DNA of 64,000 nt from Candidatus Komeilibacteria bacterium. Lineage in GTDB: Bacteria; Patescibacteriota; Patescibacteriia; UBA1558. Location: positions 72,013 through 136,012 of the forward strand of contig JBLYPX010000001.1 in assembly GCA_048538235.1 (NCBI GenBank), given 5' to 3'. The position numbers and the translations under genes were made by a program. How positions within the stretch are numbered: the stretch's first letter is position 1; every line of letters starts with the position of its first letter. The notes beneath the pieces are model-generated. The model was not told the origin of the DNA, searched no databases, and was given only the letters and a program-made list of their open reading frames with translations. This document shows, piece after piece, positions 57,999-64,000 of this stretch.

Positions 57999-60080
57999 TT
58001 ATTCCATGTGCGTTTTTTCTAGTATTTTGTCCATTTTTTTCTTTAATTTAGGGAAATGCTCTAATTTAGGATCTAGCTTTAATATTTCTTGAGCTGCAGT
58101 CTGTGCTTGTTTTAATAGTACAACATTTTGTAAAGCGTTAATTATAAACTGATTATCAAAACCAGATTGAGCAGTGCCATATATATTACCACCACCTCTA
58201 AATTTTAAATCTCTTTCTGCTAGTGCAAAGCCATCATAATTGTCTACCAAAGCTTTTAATCTGGAGATGGTTTTTGGAGTATCACTATCTGTAAATAGAT
58301 AACAGTATGATTGGTATTCACCTCTACCAACCCTACCTCTAAATTGATGCAATTGAGCAAGCCCGAATCTATCTGCACCTTCGATCATCATGACGGTTGC
58401 ATTAGGAACATCCACACCTACTTCAACCACAGAGGTTGAAACCAGTATTTTGATTTCATTGTTTTTAAATTGTTCCATTATGTGTGTTTTTTCTTCAGGT
58501 TTTAATTTACCATGAAGAAGTCCAATATTTAAATGGGGGAATACTTCTTTATCTAAATGTTCATATTCTTCAGTAACAGATTTAACACCAAGTTTATCTG
58601 ATGGATCAATTAGGGGGCAAATAACAAAAACCTGTCTACCTTCTTCAATTTGAGAGTTTATGAACTCATATGATTTAGTTCTATCTACAGGAGGAATAAT
58701 TTTAGTAATTATCTTTTGTCTGCCAGAAGGAAGAGATTTTATTAAGGATATGTCTAAATCTCCATAAAGTGCTAAAGCTAAAGTTCTTGGTATTGGTGTG
58801 GCGGTCATAGATAAGAAGTGAGGCATTGTGGCTGGATCACCAGATTTATCTCTTAAAGCTTTTCTTTGATCTACTCCAAATCTATGCTGTTCATCAATTA
58901 TTACTAATCCTAAATTATTATACTCTACAGTTTTTTGTATTAAAGCGTGAGTGCCAACAATAAAATCTACTTTACCTTCTTTAATGTATTCTAATAATTC
59001 CTTCTTTTTCATTTCTATTTCTTCACCATCTTTGTAGAGAATAGAATCTTTTAGTGTTAATAGACAGTATGTTATTTTTTTATCTGGTAATAGTTTTTTA
59101 ATTGTTTGAATGTGTTGTTGAGCTAGAATAGTAGTAGGTGCCATTAAAGCAACTTGGAAACTATTAATAATAGCGCTATAGGCGGCGAGGATAGCAACTA
59201 CTGTTTTACCAGAGCCAACATCTCCATCTAATAGTCTGTTCATAGGGCTTTTACTTTCCATGTTTTGTATAATTTCCCAACCTGCTTTTTTTTGGTCAGG
59301 TGTTAGAGTAAAAGGCAGGCTATTAACAAACTCTTGAATCTCATCTTTTTTAAAAGGAAGGCTTGGAGCATTATTTTCTTGCAATGCATTTTTAATCATT
59401 TGCTGCTGTAATTGTAAAAGAAATATCTCATTGAATTGTAATCTTTCTTGAGCAGCTTTTAAGGCTAATTCGTTTTCTGGAAAATGGATTTGTTCAAGCG
59501 CTTCTGCTAAATCTATTAATTCATTATCTTCTCTTATCTTTTCTGGTAACCAATCTGTCATTTTTTCTAAAGCAGGTAGACAAGATTGAGCAATAAATCT
59601 AATTTGTTTTTGAGTAAGCTTTTCTGTAGTTGAATAGATGGGAACTAATCTACCAGTGTGAGTAGTTATTTCTTTTACTTTCTCATAGGAAGGGTTACTC
59701 ATTTGTTGCGCTAATAATTCACCAGTTACTTTACCAGCTAATATTATTTGATCACCCTTTTTGAACATTTTAGATATATATGGTTGATTAAACCAAATAA
59801 CTTTAATAGATCCAGTGTCATCTGTAACTAGTGCTTCTGTAAGAGTTAGTTTTCTGTTTCTAGCTCTACGACTGGATAGAAGTTCAATTGTGCCTTGAAT
59901 AGTAGCTGGTTGATCTGGTATAAGCTCATCTATTTTAGCCATATTACTAAAGTCATCGTATCTAAAAGGTAAGTGCCATAAAATATCCTCAACTGTTTTA
60001 ATATTAAGTCTACGTAAACGGCCAGCAACAGCCATACCAATTCTATTTATTTCATTAACCTTTGTCTTAAGTGTAATCAT
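57999..60080 (-). CDS. recG: ATP-dependent DNA helicase RecG
   Basis: A 693-aa protein with an N-terminal wedge/OB domain, SF2 motifs GDVGSGKT and DEQHRFG, and helicase-C motifs. Confidence 0.9.
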   Translation of the reverse strand: MITLKTKVNEINRIGMAVAGRLRRLNIKTVEDILWHLPFRYDDFSNMAKIDELIPDQPATIQGTIELLSSRRARNRKLTLTEALVTDDTGSIKVIWFNQPYISKMFKKGDQIILAGKVTGELLAQQMSNPSYEKVKEITTHTGRLVPIYSTTEKLTQKQIRFIAQSCLPALEKMTDWLPEKIREDNELIDLAEALEQIHFPENELALKAAQERLQFNEIFLLQLQQQMIKNALQENNAPSLPFKKDEIQEFVNSLPFTLTPDQKKAGWEIIQNMESKSPMNRLLDGDVGSGKTVVAILAAYSAIINSFQVALMAPTTILAQQHIQTIKKLLPDKKITYCLLTLKDSILYKDGEEIEMKKKELLEYIKEGKVDFIVGTHALIQKTVEYNNLGLVIIDEQHRFGVDQRKALRDKSGDPATMPHFLSMTATPIPRTLALALYGDLDISLIKSLPSGRQKIITKIIPPVDRTKSYEFINSQIEEGRQVFVICPLIDPSDKLGVKSVTEEYEHLDKEVFPHLNIGLLHGKLKPEEKTHIMEQFKNNEIKILVSTSVVEVGVDVPNATVMMIEGADRFGLAQLHQFRGRVGRGEYQSYCYLFTDSDTPKTISRLKALVDNYDGFALAERDLKFRGGGNIYGTAQSGFDNQFIINALQNVVLLKQAQTAAQEILKLDPKLEHFPKLKKKMDKILEKTHME

Positions 60081-60162
60081 ATATTTATTGTAGCAGATAG
60101 GGGGATAAAAAAATAGCTATTAAGGGTATAAAAAACCCCCACTTATACAAGTGAGGATTTTT

Positions 60163-60252
60163 TGGCGGAGAGAGTGGGATTCGAACCCACGGGACCCGTG
60201 AAGGCCCAACAGTTTTCAAGACTGTCGCATTCGACCACTCTGCCATCTCTCC
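60163..60252 (-). tRNA. tRNA-Ser (anticodon TGA)
   Basis: Reverse complement GGAGAGATGGCAGAGTGG...ACAGT-CTTGAAA-ACTGT, a long variable arm, then GGGTTCGAATCCCACTCTCTCCGCCA. Confidence 0.85.
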
Positions 60253-60253
60253 G

Positions 60254-60346
60254 TGGCGGAGAGAGAGGGATTCGAACCCTCGCGCCGGCATATACCGACC
60301 TAACGGTTTAGCAAACCGTCCCCTTCAGCCTCTTGGGTACCTCTCC
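60254..60346 (-). tRNA. tRNA-Ser (anticodon GCT)
   Basis: Reverse complement GGAGAGGTACCC...ACGGT-TTGCTAA-ACCGT, a long variable arm, then GGGTTCGAATCCCTCTCTCTCCGCCA. It is in tandem with the previous tRNA, 1 nt apart. Confidence 0.8.
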
Positions 60347-60460
60347 GCAAGTCAATAATATTCATTGACTAAGTCTATATATTGTTAAAAAGCCTAAAAA
60401 GTATAATAGATTTTTAATCTATTGTCAATTGTTAAGAATAATACTATAATTTAAGTATAT

Positions 60461-60970
60461 ATGGCAAATACAGATAAAATATATATGGATGGTGAATATG
60501 TTGGAACTGTTAAGTTTGTATGGGAAGTTCCAGAGTTTCAAGACTACACCAGAGGTAAAAGATGGTATTTAACAGCAGCTATTATTGGTTTGCTATTATT
60601 AGTTTATGCCGTTTATACTGCCAATCTATTATTTGGTATGATTATTATTATTGCCGCTGTTACACTTGTTAAGATAGATAAATCTAAACCAGGTAATTTA
60701 CAGTTTGCTATTACTACTAAAGGAATAGTATTAGGAGATAAATATTATGAATACGGGGATGTTCATAGTTTCTATATTGTCTATGATCCACCAGAGGTGA
60801 GCAATCTATTTATTGAATTTAATAATGTTTTAAGACCTCGTATTAATATTCCTTTATTTGATCAAGATCCAATTGAATTAAGAAAATATTTGAAAAAATA
60901 TATTAATGAAGATATAGACAGGGAGGGGGAACCCATTTCCGAAGCTATTGGTAAGATATTGAAGCTCTAA
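60461..60970 (+). CDS. Hypothetical membrane protein
   Basis: A 169-aa protein with two TM helices after a short N-terminal segment. Confidence 0.45.
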   Translation: MANTDKIYMDGEYVGTVKFVWEVPEFQDYTRGKRWYLTAAIIGLLLLVYAVYTANLLFGMIIIIAAVTLVKIDKSKPGNLQFAITTKGIVLGDKYYEYGDVHSFYIVYDPPEVSNLFIEFNNVLRPRINIPLFDQDPIELRKYLKKYINEDIDREGEPISEAIGKILKL

Positions 60971-61033
60971 TCATTGACAGATAGTAGATTTTAAAGTAAA
61001 CTTCCATATGTTTATTGGAAGTTTGTTTATTAT

Positions 61034-61108
61034 GTCCTCGTAGTTCAATGGATAGAACACAAGATTGCGGTTCTTGTAATCCAGGTTCGAATCCTGGCGA
61101 GGGCACCA
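61034..61108 (+). tRNA. tRNA-Arg (anticodon read as GCG)
   Basis: GTCCTCG-TA-GTTC...CAAGA-TTGCGGT-TCTTG-TAAT-CCAGGTTCGAATCCTGG-CGAGGGC-ACCA. The cloverleaf is 75 nt. The anticodon is unusual for bacteria, so its identity is moderately confident. Confidence 0.65.
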
Positions 61109-61251
61109 GGATAGAATAAAAACCGCGTGGTTTCACCAGCGGCTTTTTTAATTATTTTATCCTCCTAAAGATGTGGGCTCGACCTTGCCCTAAAAAGGAA
61201 CGACAAGCATAAGATAACAACTTAGCACGGTATATATATTTTGTAAAGTAA

Positions 61252-61283
61252 AAGTCAGCTCCATTTGGAGCTGACTTATTTTT
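61252..61283. terminator. Bidirectional terminator hairpin
   Basis: AAGTCAGCTCC-ATTT-GGAGCTGACTT, a perfect 11-bp stem, with a T-run on the + side and an A-run on the - side. Confidence 0.6.
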
Positions 61284-61288
61284 CAGCG

Positions 61289-61546
61289 TTAATAACTAAA
61301 ACCCTCCTTGGTTAGTCGCCCGAGAGCTGCTAGAGCAATGCCCACGTTAATACAGCCCAAACCTATAGTAGATAAGTTTTGTATATTTCTGGTATTTTCT
61401 AGCATATGGTTAATTCCCAGAACACTAAAGAAGATGGTCATTAAGCAGATAGCTGCTAAAATTACAGCATCTCTTTTCATTTTTCCCTCCTTTTGTTCTA
61501 TTATGTACAATATATTAGTTTTAACAGAGAGATCATTAACTGTCAA
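61289..61546 (-). CDS. Small membrane protein (uncertain)
   Basis: An 85-aa ORF, with one predicted TM helix from an internal Met (MKRDAVILAAICLMTIFFSVLG). It is followed on its strand by the 61252-61283 terminator. A competing + strand ORF (61308-61586) looks less protein-like. Confidence 0.3.
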   Translation of the reverse strand: MTVNDLSVKTNILYIIEQKEGKMKRDAVILAAICLMTIFFSVLGINHMLENTRNIQNLSTIGLGCINVGIALAALGRLTKEGFSY

Positions 61547-61592
61547 TAATATATTGTCTAAAGTAATGTTTTATGCTACAACTTAAGGAGTT

Positions 61593-63377
61593 ATGTTAAA
61601 CCAAACAGAAGAAGTAAAAGCAAGAATAGACCTGATTGAAATAATTCAGGAATATATTAAATTAACCCCAGCCGGTGTTAATAATTTTAGAGCACTTTGT
61701 CCATTCCATAATGAGAAGACTCCTTCTATGATGGTTTCTAAAGATAAACAGATCTGGCATTGCTTTGGTTGCGGTGAGGGCGGAGATGTTTTTACCTGGT
61801 TACAGAAAATGGAAGGTATGGACTTCCCAGAAGCTTTAAGAGTATTAGCTAAGAAAGCAAATATTAAATTGGAGTATCATCAACCAGAACTGTCTAATAA
61901 AAAGACAAAACTATTAGATATTAATAAGCAGGCAGTAGAGTATTGGCATAATCTATTATTAAAAGATCCAAACGCAGAACCTGTGAGAAAATATTTAGAG
62001 GGCAGAGGTTTAAAACAAGAAACAATTCTAGAATGGCAATTAGGTTGGGCTAAAGATTCTTGGGATGATTTATTAAAGCATTTAAAGTCTTTAGGTTATG
62101 AAGAGAAAGATATACAAGATGCGGGTGTGGTTAGTCAAAGCCAAAAAGATAATAAATTCTATGATAGATTTCGTAATAGATTAATCTTTCCAATTTGTAA
62201 TCACCATGGTCAATTTGTTGGTTGTTCTGCTAGAACAATGTCTGGTGAAGATGCAAAGTATATTAATACGCCACAGACTCAAGTGTATAACAAAAGCTTT
62301 ATACTATTTGGTTTAGATAAGGCTAAGCAATATATTAAGAGACAAGACTATACAATTTTGGTAGAGGGTAATATGGATGTAATTGCAGTATCACAAGCTG
62401 GTACTAAAAATGTTGTTGGTGTTTCTGGCACAGCTTTAACTTTAGAACAAATACATTTACTAAAAAGATATTCAAAGAATGTTATGATAGCCTTTGATGC
62501 TGATCAAGCTGGTCAAAGAGCTGCTTTAAGAGGACTTGATCTTGCTTGGCAAGAAGGTTTAAATGTTAAGATAATTGTTCTTAAGGCAGGTAAAGATCCA
62601 GATGAATGTATAAAACAAGATAAACAATTGTGGTTAGATTCTATTAAAGGTGCAGTTAATATTATAGATTACTATTTTGACATTACTTTGAAAGATTTAG
62701 ACTTAACTAGAGCAGATCATAAGAAAAAAGCAGCCGCTGCTCTATTACCAATTATTGCTAAGTTGCCAGATGCTATTGATCGTACTCACTATATTCAAAA
62801 GTTAGCAAACTTTATTGCTGTAGATGATAAAGTCTTAGAAGATAAAATTAATTCATTGAAAACAGACAAAAGTTCTGTTAGTAAAGAAAAACCAGCTCCT
62901 GCAGTTGTTAAAACCGTAGATGCTATGGATATGTTAACTGAGAGAATATTAGCTTTATTATTGTCTGACATTAAATTACTTGCAGATGTAGAACAAAGAT
63001 TAATGCCAGAAGACTTTCATGAAGAGGTTGCTAGTATGATTTACAAGGAGTTGATTATCCAGTATAATAAAGGCACTTTTGTGAATAATACAGTAGATAT
63101 TGAGAATATATTTAAAGCTGAACCAAAGGCTTTAGATAGAGCTAATGTACTATTTTTACTAGCTGGTAGTGAGTTTAGTGACTTAACAGAACTGGCTAAA
63201 AAAAGAGAGCTCGAACAATTAGTAGATAGATTTAAAGTAGAAGGACTTAAAGCGAAAGCTTTAAAACTAGACGATGCTATTAAAATGGCAGAAGCATCTG
63301 GAGATGATGCTAAGGTTAATGAATTGCTTCAACAGAAGGATAAGTTGAATCAAGATATTAATCGTTTGTTACATTAA
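61593..63377 (+). CDS. dnaG: DNA primase
   Basis: N-terminal CHC2 zinc finger (CPFHNEKTPSM...WHCFGCGEGGDVF), a TOPRIM domain (ILVEGNMDV...AFDADQAG) and a C-terminal helicase-interaction region. Confidence 0.9.
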   Translation: MLNQTEEVKARIDLIEIIQEYIKLTPAGVNNFRALCPFHNEKTPSMMVSKDKQIWHCFGCGEGGDVFTWLQKMEGMDFPEALRVLAKKANIKLEYHQPELSNKKTKLLDINKQAVEYWHNLLLKDPNAEPVRKYLEGRGLKQETILEWQLGWAKDSWDDLLKHLKSLGYEEKDIQDAGVVSQSQKDNKFYDRFRNRLIFPICNHHGQFVGCSARTMSGEDAKYINTPQTQVYNKSFILFGLDKAKQYIKRQDYTILVEGNMDVIAVSQAGTKNVVGVSGTALTLEQIHLLKRYSKNVMIAFDADQAGQRAALRGLDLAWQEGLNVKIIVLKAGKDPDECIKQDKQLWLDSIKGAVNIIDYYFDITLKDLDLTRADHKKKAAAALLPIIAKLPDAIDRTHYIQKLANFIAVDDKVLEDKINSLKTDKSSVSKEKPAPAVVKTVDAMDMLTERILALLLSDIKLLADVEQRLMPEDFHEEVASMIYKELIIQYNKGTFVNNTVDIENIFKAEPKALDRANVLFLLAGSEFSDLTELAKKRELEQLVDRFKVEGLKAKALKLDDAIKMAEASGDDAKVNELLQQKDKLNQDINRLLH

Positions 63378-63400
63378 TAATTAGTTGTAATATATAATAA

Positions 63401-64000
63401 ATGGTAGCAAAAAAGGGGAGTAAGAAAAAACCTACTCCTAAGAAAACAACTAAAAAGAAACCAGCCAAAGCAGTGAAAAAGACTGCTAAGGCAAAATCAG
63501 CGGCTCGTGCTAAACGGGGCGCTTCCAAGAAAAAGGCAGTAAAGGCAAAACCAAAGCGTAAGCCTACTGCAAAAAAGAAACCAGCCAAAAAGGCTAAACC
63601 AAAAAAAGTTGCTAAGCCAAAAGCTAAAGCAAAACCAAAAAGAAAAGCTTCTCCTAAAAAAGTAGCCAAGAAAAAATCTTCAACCGTAGATGAGGTGGAA
63701 GAGATTTTTGTTCCTTCAACTGATCAGATAATACAGTTGTATAATAAAGGGCGTCTTCGTGGTTTTATTACAGAGGATGAAGTTTTGTATTTGTTTAAGA
63801 ATATTGAAGAGTATCCAGACACTTATGAAGGCTTCCTAGATGATTTAGATGACGCTGGTATTGCTATTGTGGTGCCAGAGGGTGGAATATTAGATAGAGA
63901 AATGAGCCAGGGTGCAGATAAAGTTATAGATTTAATAGATATGTCTGCAGATTCTATCCAAATGTATTTAAGAGAGATTGGTAGAGTACCATTACTTAAG
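63401..64000 (+). CDS. rpoD: RNA polymerase sigma factor RpoD (5' partial, runs off the window end) with a roughly 95-aa K/A/P-rich N-terminal extension
   Basis: ATG at 63401. After the lysine-rich low-complexity region comes the region 1.2 signature SIQMYLREIGRVPLL. The dnaG-rpoD adjacency is the conserved macromolecular-synthesis operon. Confidence 0.75.
   Translation, partial: MVAKKGSKKKPTPKKTTKKKPAKAVKKTAKAKSAARAKRGASKKKAVKAKPKRKPTAKKKPAKKAKPKKVAKPKAKAKPKRKASPKKVAKKKSSTVDEVEEIFVPSTDQIIQLYNKGRLRGFITEDEVLYLFKNIEEYPDTYEGFLDDLDDAGIAIVVPEGGILDREMSQGADKVIDLIDMSADSIQMYLREIGRVPLLK

Noticed and set aside
60085-60291. A 68-aa minus-strand ORF
   Set aside because: It lies entirely within the two tandem tRNA-Ser genes and their spacer. 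Its peptide is the translation of tRNA sequence, so it is spurious.
61308-61586. A 92-aa plus-strand ORF upstream of dnaG
   Set aside because: It competes with the minus-strand 85-aa ORF. It has low hydrophobic or protein-like character and no SD. Neither ORF is strongly supported, and the minus ORF has the terminator context.
63358-63669. A 103-aa minus-strand ORF rich in Phe/Leu/Ala
   Set aside because: It is antisense to the K/A-rich low-complexity start of rpoD. AAA/GCN codons read in reverse produce the F/L/A-rich mirror ORF, and it has no start context.
1-64000. Search for CRISPR arrays, rRNA genes and IS elements with terminal inverted repeats
   Set aside because: No regularly spaced direct repeats, no rRNA-like conserved stretches and no transposase ORFs were seen. 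The only repeats found are the short dyads and tandem 10-mer reported above.

Overview
This is an AT-rich bacterial chromosomal window. G+C looks about 30% by eye, most tRNA genes encode their CCA, and gene overlaps are short. The gene content suggests a small-genome Patescibacteria/CPR-like organism: basic K-rich N-terminal extensions on RNase J and RpoD, many small membrane proteins, and a VirB4-centred membrane cluster. That lineage call is inference.

Core housekeeping genes occupy three blocks. The first (1-18.4 kb) holds trpS, RNase J, tRNA-Leu, a family-5 ABC solute-binding protein, secG, uvrC, uvrA, a nucleotidyltransferase, an O-antigen-ligase-like protein, pyk and ppsA. The second holds comFC and clpC (44.2-47.5 kb). 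The third (48.4-64 kb) holds a THUMP RNA methyltransferase, a VirB4 type-IV-secretion-like cluster, a dksA/traR-like gene, recG, two tandem tRNA-Ser, tRNA-Arg, dnaG and a partial rpoD.

A roughly 24 kb accessory island sits between tRNA-Ser(GGA) at 19.88 kb and comFC at 44.2 kb. It contains:
- an operon of two giant genes, a PLD-nuclease-SNF2-helicase fusion followed by a PglX/Eco57I-like N6-adenine methyltransferase; this is the best candidate for a new or minimal DISARM-like or split Type-ISP-like defence system;
- a large serine recombinase with an adjacent dyad-symmetric GC-rich site;
- a phage packaging module (ParB-methyltransferase, TerS, TerL) with no structural genes;
- an operon of a zinc-finger protein and two small proteins with Rx4H (HEPN-like) motifs, next to an orphan 1132-aa protein.

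Several compositionally foreign (G+C-elevated) genes are present: a secreted protein with a Bacteroidota-type T9SS C-terminal sorting domain beside a tRNA, an 80-aa ORF in the uvrC-uvrA intergenic region, and a self-contained 178-aa gene with a 5' hairpin. No CRISPR array and no rRNA were seen.
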